A stretch of 64,000 nt of DNA from Eledone cirrhosa (taxonomy: Eukaryota): assembly GCA_964016885.1 (NCBI GenBank), contig OZ024743.1, positions 359,166,001-359,230,000 of the forward strand, read 5' to 3'. The position numbers and the translations under genes are program-made. Positions 39,853 through 53,400 of the stretch are shown piece by piece. Positions within the stretch are counted from its first letter, which is position 1. Every line of letters begins with the position of its first letter. The notes beneath the pieces are model-generated. The model was given only the letters and a program-made list of their open reading frames with translations, was not told where the DNA came from and did not search any database.

Positions 39853-42800
39853 ATAGCAATTAATAGCGCTGCGATCGAATGTGTCTTTTTAACCCAGTCA
39901 ATGATCTAAAATGTCTTGCACAGAGTTGGCAATCAAAACAGTCACTGGGAATAGCCGGCTGTGGTTGCAGTTCATGTACTTTTGCATGTCATTTGAGCCC
40001 TCCTGCTGATTTAAATTCTCTACCACATGCTTGGCAAGCATGATGAGTAGCATCTCCAACAGCAGCCTGGTAGTCAACCACTGGTCTTACTTTATGACTG
40101 CGAAGAAGACTTTCGAGTCCAGCTTTGCTTAGTCAGAGTCTCGCACAGACGCTGCATGTCAGCAGCATAGGAGGGCCTTCGCCGTCTGGAATTGCAATAG
40201 CAATGCCCTTTCTCACATCCCGCTTTACTTTCTCGTATGCGATTTGAGATGCTTCAAAGGCAACTTTTCCCTCATATACAGTCTTTCTCCATTTATTACG
40301 ATCAGCAGCAACATTTTCCCATGTATCAGCAGAGATGTTAGCGTCTTTCAAAGAGGCTTTCAAGGAATCCTTATACTTCTTTTTCGGTTTATGTGGCGGT
40401 CGTTTTCCTTTAACTAACTCTCCATAAAAGAGTTGTTTTGGTATTCTAGAATCCTTCATCCTGGCGAGTTGACCACTCCAACGGAATCGTTGCTTAAGCA
40501 CAAGAGCTTCTATACTGTCACACAAAGAGCTTTCCAAAATCTCGACATCACTGATGTGGTCCCTCCAATGAACGCCATGGATCCGCCTGAGACACATCTG
40601 ATGGAAACGCTCCAATTGCTTAAGGTGGTGTCGATATGTGACCCAGGTCTCGCAGGCATAAAGAAGAGAAGAGAGCATACATTCCTTGTACACCTTTACC
40701 TTTGTCTTCTTGCATATGTCTCGCCGACCCCAGAGTCGCCTTTCTAGCTTTCCGAAAGCATCACTTGCTTTCCTAATCCTGAGTGGGATTCCATTATCAA
40801 GGTTGCTGTATCGATTGACAGTGCTTCCTAGGTAGACAAACTGATCAACCACTCCAAGTCGTTTACCATACACATAAATATTTGGTTCACTGTACTGCTT
40901 ACCAGGGGCAGGTTGATACATGACAACGGTTTTCTTGAGACTGACAGTCAATCCTAGGGTAGTGCAAGCATCAGAAAATGCATTCAAAATGTGCTGCATA
41001 TCACTCTCTGTGTGCGCTACAAGATCGCAATCATCTGCATACAAGAGATCTCTTATGATTGATGTAAATTCTTTTGTTTTTGCAGCAAAGCGCCTGATGT
41101 TAAATATGCTGCCTGAGGTTCGTTATCGGATGTAAACACCATGCTCGCAATTCCTGAATGCAATATAGAAAACCATTGCAAAGTATATGGCAAACAGGGT
41201 CGGTGCTGGAATATCCCCCTGTTTCACTCCATTTTTTTTACTGAGATAGGCTCCGACATGTTACCTCTGATATTAACCCAAGCCTTCATGTCGTCATGAA
41301 AAGACCTAACCAAAGCAAGAAACTTATCAGGGCAACCACGTTTCTGGAGAACCTTCCATAATGCATTTCTGTTAACAGTATCGAAGCTTTTGTCAGATCG
41401 ACAAAAACCTGATACAGATCCAAACCTTGTTCCATGCACTTCTCCTGGAGCTGTCTAGCTGAGAAGATCATATCAGTAGTGCCGCGTCCAGCACGAAAAC
41501 CAGATTGACTTTCAGGAAGAACACAATCTGCAATGTGTGTCAGCAGACGGTCCAGAAGCACCCTACATAAAACTTTCCCTACGACAGAAAGCAATGATAT
41601 ACCTCTGTAGTTCCCACAATCATTCCTGTTACCTTTTCTTTGTATAAGACCACCATTACTGCATCTCTCCAGTCCTCAGGTACGGATTCATTAGCCCATA
41701 ACCTGCCAAACGAAGAGTGAAGATGTTGCAGGAGTCTCTCACCACTATATTGTAGGAGCTCTGCATGTATGCCATCCATACCTGGAGACCTTCCACTGTT
41801 CAGCTTCGAGATAGCCACTTCAACCTCCACAAGCGTCGGAGGTTCTGCGAGAGCTACTTTCACAGGACTTTCTGGAATGAGATTGAGGAAATCTTCATTG
41901 ACGACAGACGGCTGATTCAAAAGCTCATGAAAGTGCTCTCCCCACCTTCGTAGATTCCTTGTGAGTCACGAAGAAGTTCTTTGCCATCCTTGCTGCGAAG
42001 CGGTGTCACCAGAAAAGAAGACGGTCCATAAACTTCACGCAAGAGACTGTACAACAGCTTTGTGTTATTGCAATCTGACACAGTTTGTATCTCATCAGCC
42101 TTCTCACTCCACCACTGATCATCTGAGAAAGGCTCCGCCTAACCCGTGTTTTCACATCCTTGAGTTCCTTATGCAATATATTATTCTCCTGTGGTTTTGC
42201 CGTCAAGTAGCGTGATAGAGTACACCTCTTATCAGCCAACAAGTCTTCTATATGTTCATCATTCTCATTAAACCAGTCTCGATGTTTTCTCTGCACCAAT
42301 CCCAGAACACGCCTGCCTACATCATAAACCGACTTTTTAAAGGTTGGCCAATCCTCACCAATATCTGCAACCTGCATATCTTCTTGCAAAATCCTCTTCA
42401 CATTTTTATCCCTAAAACGAGCAGCATTCAATCTTCTGGGTAGGGTAACACCAGGAACCCGGATTTTACGTTTAGTGATTAGTTTCACTTTTGCGCGTAC
42501 CAGGCGGTGGTCCGTCCAGCACTCAGCTCCACGAAGAGCACGAACACACTGCACATCCCGTCTGTCGCGCATCCTGACTAGGACGTAGTCCAAAAGATGC
42601 CATTCCTTAGATGCAGGATGCATCCATGTGGTCTTAAATTTGTTCTTTTGTTGTAACATGGTGTTGGTAACACAGATCCAGCTCCTCACACATCTGCAGC
42701 AGGAGCATACCATTGTTGTTACACTTTCCCACCCATGCCTTCCGATTACATTCCATGTTTTAAAATCCTTACCCACTCTAGCATTAAAGTCACCAAGCAC

Positions 42801-43320
42801 GATGACTTTGTCTGCCTGAAGGATATTTCTTAAAACACCTTTCAAGGCATGGTAAAAGGACACTTTTTCTTCATCGACAGAATTCATAGTTGGAGCATAC
42901 ACACTCACCAGGGTCGCATATCTTCCTTTGTCCAGCGGAATTTTCATGGAAATAAGACGCTCACTAATCCCTACTGGGAATTCTTCTAATTTATTCACAA
43001 GAACAGTCTTAACAGCAAATGCTACCCCAGCCTCTCTTCTGGCTCCTTCATCTCTTCCTTTCCAGAAGAACGTATATTCTCCACAAAATTCTGTAAGATG
43101 ACCATCTCCAGCTAACCTCGTCTCAGATAAAGCGACGATGTCATGATCGTAACGTCGAAGCTCCTTTGAAACAAGAGCGGTCCTTCGTTCAGGTCGTTCC
43201 AAGGAATCCCTGTCAAGCAGCGTCCGTACGTTCCAGCAGCCAAGACTAAATGCCTTGTTTGGCTCTATTATAGTGGCACGATGACGAGCGGGACCAGGCT
43301 GTGATAACCTGGGGCTCCTG
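39853..43320 (-). mobile_element. Near full-length RTE (BovB-like) LINE with frameshifts: APE + RT + C-terminal C2H2 fingers
   Basis: RPERRTALV..DIVALSETR, SVYAPT, LGDFNARVG, TDH; PESQSGFRAGRGTTDMIF, YADDCDL, LLYACETW; (GT)n tail. Confidence 0.95.
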
Positions 43321-43469
43321 CCCTTATTGCCAATTATCTCTTTTGTTCCAGAACCTTTATTGCCAATTATCTCTTTTATATTGTTCTATCATTGAATTGG
43401 GAAAAGAAAAAAAGCTAATAATAATAGTAACAACAATAATAATAATAATAATAGTAATAATAATTATAA

Positions 43470-45670
43470 ATAACAGGCACACCAACAAACTGATTTGAGT
43501 ATCACAGTTGAAACTCTTAAAGGGCAGGCCAGAAAACTAACCAACTGGAAATCACCAGGCCCAGATGGTGTGCTTGGGTATTGGATTAAAAATATAAAAA
43601 TTCCTTCACCCGAAACTGACAACCATGTTCAATGACTGCTTGATGTCAGGTGAGGTACCAGAGTGGTTGACAAAAGGTACCACAGTTCTGGTAAAGAAAG
43701 ACCGAACCAAGGGTAATGATGTTACCAAATATAGACCTATCACATGTCTGTCCGTAATGTGGAAACTGTTAACAAGCATTGTATCTGAGGAAATCTACCA
43801 TCACCTCCACATAAACAACTTGTTACTGGACGAACAGAAAGGATGCCGAAAGAAGTCCCGTGGTACAAAGGACCAGTTACTTATTGATAAGATGGTAATG
43901 AGGAATTACAGGAGGAGTCACACTGGATAGACTACAAAAAGGCATTCGACATGGTACCTCATTCATGGATAACCAAAAGCCTAGAGATCTTCAGAGTGGC
44001 AGGTAACATCAGACAGTTGTTGAGCAAAAGTATGAAGTCCTGGAAAACAGAGTTAACATCGGGCGGAGAATCCTTGGGAGGCGTGAGGATCAAGAGAGGT
44101 ATCTTCCAGGGAGATAGTTTGTCCCCTCTGTTGTTTGTCCTTGCCCTGATCCCCCTGACCATTATACTGCGAAAAGTGAGAGCAGGATACAAGTTGGGAA
44201 AGGGAGAGCTTCCCATCAATCACCTCCTCTTCACGGACGATCTTAAGCTCTTCGGGAAGAGTGAGAAAGAGTTGGATGTGCTTGTCGACACTGTCCGTAT
44301 TTTCAGCAATGATATATGTATGCAATTTGGTATTAGTAAGTGTGGAGTCCTTGTGATGAAGAAGGGTAAATTGAGCAGAAGCAACGGAATCCAGGTACCA
44401 ACAGGTGAGATGATAAAGGAAATTGATACTGAAGAAGGATAAAAAAATATTTAGGTGTTCTGGAGGCTGATGACATCAAGATAAAAAAAATGAAGGAATT
44501 GATAGGATCTGAATACATTCGGAGAGTAAGGAGCATATTAAAGTCACATCTGAACAGTAGGAATGCCATAAGTGCAATAAATTTCCGAGCTGTGTCTATT
44601 ATTAGGTACAGTGCGGAGATTCTGAGATGGAATGTTGCTGAACAAAAAGAAATGGATAAGAAGACTAGGAAGCTATTGACTATCTACAACATGTTCCACA
44701 AAAGAAGTGATGTCGATAGACTCTACTTAAGGAGATCTGAAGGTAGAAGAGGTCTTATCAGCATAGAGGACTGTGTTCAGATGGAGAAAAACAACCTACA
44801 AAAATACGTGACTGATAGTAGGGAGCCAATGCTCAGAATTGTACTGAAGGAGAGGACAATAGACCAGGGGATTTCCAAGGAGGAAATAACAAGGAGAAAG
44901 AGCAACCTTCATGAAAAATCCCTTCATAGTGCCTTCTTTGAGAATACTGAATTTAGAGATCCACAGACATGGAACTGGTTGAAAAGAGGAGACCTTAAAA
45001 AGGCTACAGAAGGAATGCTAATGGCTGCGCAAGAGCAGGCCCTCAAAACGAAGTGGCTGAAACACAATATTTACAAGGAGGAGGCTAGCCCACTGTGTAG
45101 GATCTGTGGAGAGAGAGAGGAGACTGTGGCTCACATTGTATCCGAGTGTAAACACCTAGCCCAGACTCACTATAAAGGCTGGAGACATGATGTGATGGAC
45201 AGGGTGATCCACTGGCACCTGTGCAAAGTAAACAATTTACCACATTCTGAGAAGTGGTATGAGCATAAGCCAGAGTCGGTGATGGAAAACGATCAGGTGA
45301 AGGTGCTGTGGGATTTTAGGATACAGACGGACAAGAAACTGGAACACAGTAGACCTGACCTGGTGGTTTTGGACAAGGGAAAAAGATTGTGCCTGATTGT
45401 GGATGTAGCCTGCCTATTCGACACGAGTGTGCAAGAGAAGGAGAGGGAGAACATTAACCGATACCAGGACATAAAGTGGGAGGTAAAAAGGATTTGGAAC
45501 TGCCATGAAGTCAAAGTGGTCCCAATTTTTGGAACACTTCAAAAGGCATGCTTGCTGGGAACAGCAAGAACCCTCCAATACGTCCTGAATATCTGAGGTT
45601 GCAGGTAGTGGCTTGATATTAATTTCAACAAACTTTCCAGTTAAATAACATCAATGACTGAGACTCAAAG
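43470..45670 (+). mobile_element. 5'-truncated R4/Dong-clade LINE, same family as 28430-29680, in (AAT)n
   Basis: YRPITCL, EQKGC, DYKKAFD, GIFQGDSLSP, LFTDDLKL, CCHC and RPDLVV RLE; small deletions; long (AAT)n 3' tract. Confidence 0.93.
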
Positions 45671-45679
45671 AACAACAAC

Positions 45680-45744
<65 letters not shown>

Positions 45745-46719
45745 GATAAGGGAAGAAGACGCACGAGGTGGTAGAAGGTAATGAAATCGCTCCCGTAAGT
45801 TTTTGATTTTTAACATATTTAAATCAATTGTGAAATAACAATTCTTAATACAAATGTTGCATAAACCACCGAATGAAGTCCCATAAAATTTCGGATCCAT
45901 ATTATATTGTTATATCGCTCAAATATTCAATTTTGTATTATATATTTTGTATTCAAAAAAAGAAAATGGTTATGAATGGAAGAAAACACCCCCTGTCTAC
46001 ACTATATAGAACAGCCAAATAACAGCAATTTCACCAACACCAGAAACTTGATACACCACCTATCCCATCACACTAAATATAACAGCCAGATAACGGCAAT
46101 TTCACCACCACCACCATCAATCCCAGCATCATAATAATAATTACTATTATTATTGTCTCAAATTTTAACAAAATGTTAAATTCCAATTTTACGGGAATAT
46201 GTCAACACAATATATATTAAACATACGAACACAAACTCATAGATACTACATATCACAAAACCCAGTAACCACAACGCCACCGCCGCCACCACCCCATCCA
46301 TCATTGCTACCACTATCCCATCGCCGCCGCCACCACTCCTTCATTGCTACCACCACTATTCCCCTGTTAACTTGAGAGAGAAAGGGGAAGGTGGCAGTAT
46401 CACTAGACAAGGGAGAGGCTAGCAAAATATATAAATAGGTTGACTTAGTGACCTGGCCACCGGCCAAACGTCAACATCAACAACTATGGGACTGCTGGCT
46501 CACCCCTTCCTCACCAACAATATAAAAAGCCCCGAAACCACCACCGACATAGCCAACAACATTAACAGGCAACTACAGCAAAAAGTATATTATATTATTG
46601 TAATGCACTGGGTGATTGCTGGCCTTGTACCTGGAGTGGAGACAATTATTAATAATTTCATTCTTAAGCCACGCAATGCTCACATTAAGGAACCACTCAT
46701 GATAATAACAATTTAAAAA

Positions 46720-49700
46720 AACAACAAAAAGAAAACCCCGTGACCAAGAAATACCGGGATGGCGGCCGGCGGGGAATAGACGTGTCTCTAGGGGAGAACG
46801 ACCCCTCTAGTCTTGGTTGACACTCGTTCTAGAAGTGGTAACACGAAATGATTACCCCTTGGCGGATAAGGATAAAACGCGACGAAATAAAGTAAATGTC
46901 TAATGATAAAATCTCATACCGGATCGGCCGTCACCCGGGTAAAAAAGGGCCGCGTCCCTCAGAGAGGAACCAGACTGGGGTCGAAAAATCAGCTAATGGT
47001 TCAAACCTTCCCATCACTTCGGAGCTGGAGACCTCCCATAACCGGAATACTCCTACTGTTGGCCCTCCATGCTCACCACCAAGAAATCCAAAGAAAAAGA
47101 GAGAAAAATGGTCAAGGGAAGATAATAAAGAAGTCCTTGAGGCTTTCTACACTGCCATGTACTACCCATCAAATACATCGAATACAGAACAGACATATAT
47201 CAACTGGAAAAAGAAACATCCCGAAAACAGAGGCTATATTGACAGTAACAAACTAGCCAATATACGAAGAAATATTGTAAGAAAAAAGTTACTAACTAGA
47301 TATAGAAATTGATCAGATCAAGCTATTAGCACAAAGTCAGCGAAGGGAAAATGAAACATGTGTCAGTGAAAACGAGGTAAACTGTAACACTTCGAATCCC
47401 AGGGTTGGGGCGGAATCACTGGCAACAGAACAAATTAAAGAAAGGATCGAAAAAGTGGAGGGAGTGGATGCTCAGGATGAAACTCCAAATGAAAATAATG
47501 AGATCGTAAATGATAAAGAAATGAATGAGAATGAACTTGCCAACTTGAAGGATGAAATTATGATCGAATGGATGAAAATGAAAGAATCTGACATGGGGAA
47601 ACGAGACACCCTCCCTAAGATCCAGAACTCCAAACAGAACCAAAAGATAATACACAAGACTAACATAATTCTTAAAAACATTATCATCACAAACAAACTA
47701 AACATTACTGATTTAAATCATCTCTATTATGCTTCGGCTAAAGTCACCACTCACTTATGTGGAGTGAAGATGAAAAAACAAAGGAATTCCCACAAGAAAT
47801 CTACTTGGCAAGAGAACATCAATCGCCAAATAAACCTTCTCCGATCTGACATAGAAATTTTAACAAACTATAAAGTAGGTGAACATGTTAAACAAACTAA
47901 ACTTAGAAAATTGAAAGAAAAGTACAGTATAAAATCAACATGTGACATAGACATGCTGATAGAAATAATCAAGCAAAAAGTGTCGGCCAAAGCTGCTCGT
48001 ATAAGGCGCTTTGAAAAACGATCTAGATTCTATAAGGACAATAATATGTTCAAAAACAACCAAAGAAACTTCTACATAAAAATTGGTAAGTCAACAATGA
48101 CTGCTAAATCAATACCACCCAAGGAGGAAGTGCAAGAATTCTGGGAAAAGATCTGGGCCGAAGAAAAAGTTCATAACATAGATGCCCCATGGATAGATAG
48201 ACAAATGAAAGATACAGCTCACCTTGAGGAACAAATATGGGAAAATATAACAGTTGAACAGTTGCGCTTGGCTCTAAGAAAAACCAGCAAATGGAAATCC
48301 CCAGGAAAAGACAAACAAAATCACTGGAAGCTGGAGAAGTTAATATTAATTGTGGAATTTTTCAGGGTGACTCTTTATCACCGCTTTTATTCTGCATCGC
48401 ACTTATACCATTAAGTAAAATGCTCAATGAAACAAAACATGGATATAAAGTCTATGATAAAACCATTAATCACCTGTTCTACATGGATGACCTGAAACTA
48501 TTTGCAAAAAATGATGAACAATTGTAAGGGCTATTATCCACTGTGGACCAGTTCAGTGATGACATTAAAATGGAGTTTGGACTAGATAAATGCGCCAAAG
48601 CAACGTTCACCAGAGGAAAGCTGCTGAAGAGTTCAGACATTAATCTTGATCGGGGGAACGTGATAAGAGAACTTGATCAAGAAAAAACTTACAAATATCT
48701 AGGTGTTTGTGAAGGAGATGGAATCAAGCACTCGACAATGAGGGAAAGGATAAGGAAGGAATGTTACCGCAGAGTAAGAGCAATCTTAAGAACGGAATTG
48801 AATGCAAGGAATAGGATCGATGTCATAAACACGCTTGCCATACCAGTAGTAACCTACAGTTACAATGTCATCAACTGGTCAAGCACAGAGATCCGTAGGC
48901 TCGATACAAAAATTCGAAAATTCTTAACCATGCACAGAATGCATCACCCTAAGGCAGATATAGATAGAATATATCTCCCTAGGAAAGAAGGAGGACGTGG
49001 GTTAATCCAGTTAGACATTGCGTTGAAAACTGCAACAATTGGATTATCTACATATCTAAGGGAATCACATGATTGGATGATCAAACTCGTTTTGAAACAC
49101 GAAAGCATCAAAACATCATATTCCATTACAAAAGATGCACAAAGATACAGTAATGGACTACAAATTTCAGAAGTCCCATTTACTGCTGAAATGGAAAACA
49201 CAGAAAAAGCAAAGCAGGTAAAAGTAACTGCAAAGAAAGAACTGCTACAGAAACTGGCTAAGAAATGGCAAGAAAAGCCTCTGTATGGAAAATACCCAGA
49301 GCGAGCTAACAATCCTGATGTTGACAAAACTTTAACCCATCAGTGGTTGGCATCCTCTGGACTGAAATCGGAGACTGAAGGACTGATTATATCAGCACAA
49401 GATCAGTGTCTGCCAACAAAAATTTACCAAGCCAACATAATAAAAAATGGATGCAGCCCATTATGCCGTGTATGCAAAAAACAACCAGAGACCATTGACC
49501 ATATAATTTCAATGTGCAGTCCTATAGCTCCAACCGAATACCTAAACAGGCATGACAGAGCTGCACAATACATACATTGGATAATGTGTAAGCATTTTGA
49601 CCTGCCCCATAAAAAGAATTGGTGGGAGCATCAACCACCTCCCATACTTGAAAAAGATCACATCTCAATCTTGTGGAACTTTAGCATCCAAACAGACCGA

Positions 49701-50198
49701 AAAATAGATGCAAATAGACCTGATATAATATTGAAGGACTTTAAAAAGAGGGTATGCCTGCTAATTGATATGTCTGTTCCAATAGACAAGAATGTATCTA
49801 TAAAAACATTTGAAAAATTGAGCAAGTATAAGGACCTGGAGATAGAAATTGGAAAAATGTGGAAATTGAGAACTAAAACAATACCAGTGGTTGTAGGCGC
49901 TCTGGGAATGATACCTAAGGGGTCTAATGATAACTTATCGCAAATCCCAGGAAACCCGCGTATAGGAGAAATACAAAAGATAGTACTAATGGGCACTGCC
50001 CATATACTAAGGAAGATTCTGTCAATATAAGTACATCACAAGTCTAAACACTAAAGATGCATGTGTGAGTATGTATGTTCTTTCTTGAACATGGCGGACC
50101 TTGTTGTCTCTTGAGGTCACTGGTTGTGACTTGGTGATAACTCGTATGAACATAAAGCAAGATAAATGCAACTGTAATAATAATAATAATAATAATAA
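46720..50198 (+). mobile_element. Second R4/Dong-clade family with 5' UTR; internal RT deletion near 48315
   Basis: Myb-like KWSREDN..W..KLAN N-terminus; KSPGKD joined almost directly to GIFQGDSLSP; FYMDDLKL; CRVC..H...C; RPDII..IDMSVP; (TAA)n tail. Confidence 0.92.
48543..50030 (+). pseudogene. Uninterrupted C-terminal part of the R4/Dong ORF (RT thumb, CCHC, RLE)
   Basis: 495-aa open frame; upstream part broken by a stop and the deletion. Confidence 0.9.
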
Positions 50199-50424
50199 TT
50201 GGATAATGTGTAAGCATTTTGACTTGGATAATGTGTAAGCATTTTGACTTGGATAAAGTGTTAGCATTTTGACCTGCCCCATCAAAAGAATTGGTGGGAC
50301 GGACCATCAACCACCACCCATACTTGAAAAAGATCACATCTCAATCTTGTGGAACTTTAGCATCCAAAAGGACCGAAACATAGGACTTTAAAAAGAGGGT
50401 ATGCCTGCTAATCGATATGTCAAA

Positions 50425-53400
50425 AACAGAGGATGTAACTAAAAAAATAACAATGAAAAATTCCCCAATAGGGGGGAGACTTCGGAGGGACATTTATGGA
50501 GAAAGCCCAGTAAAAGGCCACAGTGACCCTGACCACCAAGGCAAGTGCCCTCTGCCAGTTTTCCACCTTTAATTTACAGATACGTACTCAGAGTAGGCCC
50601 ATTCGCTCGGGCCATTCTTGCTTCTCTCACCCATCTTTCAAAAAAATGCTGGGAAGAGAGCACTTCCCGCTCTACCCTGATTTTCCTTTTCAAATGAAAT
50701 TTGAAAAAGTCAATCAGGGCATCACCGAAGAGGTAAGTGCAAGTCTTCAGCCCTTTCAAACGTGTCCACCATACTATCTCTTTCGCCATGACCACCAGAC
50801 AGATAAAAACTGCCTGCCCTTCCCGGCTAAAGGAAGTGGGCGGGGCAATCCTCACGATGGACTCAGATGATAGCCGGATCCGTCCTATACGTGACAGCAG
50901 GTGTTCGACATAAACCCACAAGTCAGCAATTTTCGGACACTGGACGAGTGCGTGCAGGACGGTTTCGTCGCCCTGCGCGTATCTCTGACATGCCCGGCTG
51001 ACGGTACCTCCATGCCTGTAGAGTTTATCCCGAACTGGCAAGGCTCCTCGGTAGCACTGCCAGGCCAGAGATTTCTGGAAGTTGTCCATAGGTCCCGGCC
51101 CGAAAGTTCTTCCGAAGAGATTGGCTAGTTGATTTTCGTCGACGCCTAGAGTTTCCCCAAGTACGTCGTCGCTCTTCTCCTCCACTAATGCTCTATAGAA
51201 CGCCGACATGGAGTTTCTACTGATCACATTGCCCGATTGGTCGAGGGCTGTGAGCGCCTGAAGACATTCCAGTCTCCAGGCGCTCCCTCTCGGTCTTCGC
51301 TTGACCCAGGACTGCAGCTCCGTCAAGGAAACGAGCTGGGGAAATACGTGTCTAGCAAACGGCGACCACACCTGATCACCGTCGAGGAAGAGGTGGAGAT
51401 GTCGTAGCCTGAGCGCGTGTCTGCGCATCATCAGCCACGGCATTCCCAGCCCTCCACGTAGCGAGTGTTGACAGCAGATGGACCGCCTGACCATCGGAGC
51501 GCGTCCCTTCCACAAAAAGCGAAAGAGCAAACGCTCCAGCGCAGTCAGGCGGGGCTTACGACAAGGTACGACGGTCAGGCGGTAGCAGATAACAGACGCG
51601 ATGTACGCGTTAGCCACCTCCGCTCGACTTTTCAGGCATAGCTTCCTCTCCGCCCATTTCTGGGTGAGAGAAGTCACCCTGCTCGTCACCTCGTCCCAGT
51701 TTTTGTCCGTCTGGAGGTCCGGACCGAACCAGACCCCTAGCAATTTAACCGGTCCGACGACGTTGTTGGACGGCATGGACCTGCCTCTCCAGGTGCCGAG
51801 CTGCAGGCCCACTGACGTTTCCTGGTTGATCATTGCTCCTGTCACCGCTTCGTATTCTCTTAGTGTAGTGCCGATGGCCTCGATGTGTTTGGCGTTCGAC
51901 ACCAGTACGTTGACATCATCCGCATATGCTGACACGGATTTTCCGCATCCTAGTTCGCGCGGGACGCCCCTCAACGTGTCCAGTTTGTGCAGTAATGGCT
52001 CGAGAGTCAATACGTACAAGAGGGACGAGAGGGGACATCCTTGGAGGACCGAGCGCATGATGTTGAACGGTTCCGAAAGGTGACCGTTCACTCTCACCAC
52101 AGAGCAGATGTCGCTGTGCATGGCAGCGATCCAGCCTCTGAAGACGGGCCCAAAGCCAGCTGCCCTCAGGACCGCCGCTAGGTAACGATGGTCGACCCTA
52201 TCGAAAGCTTTCGACTGATCTAAATTGATCAAGGACCCACCCGTGCCAGGTTCCCTAGCTACCCTCTCTACGATGTATCGCATGAGGTGGAGGTTGTCGT
52301 GGATGGATCTGTCGGGAAAGGCGCATGTCTGCGCCTTTCCCACCATACCACCAACGACAAGCGCCAACCTCTTTGCTAGCACCTTGGCCAAAATCTTGTG
52401 TTTAGCAGAGTTATGGGCCTGAAATTATCTATGTTATCCCCCTTGTTCGGATCCTTTCTCAGCAGCACCACAGCTCCTCGGCTCACAGAGCTGGGAATTC
52501 TCCCGTTCTGTTGCCAGTTGCAGTAGACGTCCGCCAAGAGGCCTCCTAACAAGTTTGGCATCTGTACGTAAAGTTCATAGGGCAGAACATTCAAACCAGG
52601 CGATTTACCCCTTGTGCAGCCAGTCATTGCCTCCCGTACTTCAGCGGCTGTTATCGGCATTCCGCAACACTCCGCCTCAGTGGCCGAGAGCCGCGGCAGT
52701 CCGTCGAGGTAGACACTAAAGTCCATCCCTCGACCCGGCCCACCGCTGCCCCCGAACAGCTGAGCGAAGTGTCGCTGAAAAGCTTTACACATTTTCCCGG
52801 GATCGAGTAGCATGCGCTCGTCGTGGTCCACCAAAGACCGGATCGTGGTTTGTTTCCACGACGCGCCTCCGCCACTCGGGCCCATTGAACGGCTTTCGTC
52901 CCCTTGTGTCTGAGAGCACGCACCCTAGCTCTGACAACGCAGCCTTCGTGCTTTGCATTGAAGAATTGGTCAAGGGCCAATTTCGCCGCAAGAAGGTCGG
53001 TCGCAATGCCTTTGCTAAGCGCCTCGTCGAATTTTCTAACTAGTTCTCCCTCTGCTCTATTTTTCTCTATTGCTAAAGCCTTACTAAAACTAATGGATTC
53101 TATTCTAATCGCTCTTTTCAGAGCAAACCACCACTTGTTGTTGACGATGGCCTCCGTCAACGCCCGCTTAACTAGTTCGCTAATCCGGTCTCTGTAGGCC
53201 TTGCGCGCTGGTAAGGACGCGTTTAGCTTCCAGTAGCCGGGTCCTCGTCTATGAAGCCTATCTAAGTCAAGCACACAGATCACGAATTTGTGGTCCGTGT
53301 AGCTGACTATCTTTAATTGTGGACAGCCTATGCGAGATCTATCTATTTCCCTACAAAATACTCTATCTAGATATGATCTGGATGACTCTATGCGATTTGT

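Noticed and set aside
43322-43378. 21-bp direct repeat as a target-site duplication
   Set aside because: Both copies lie on the same side of the neighbouring elements; small local duplication.
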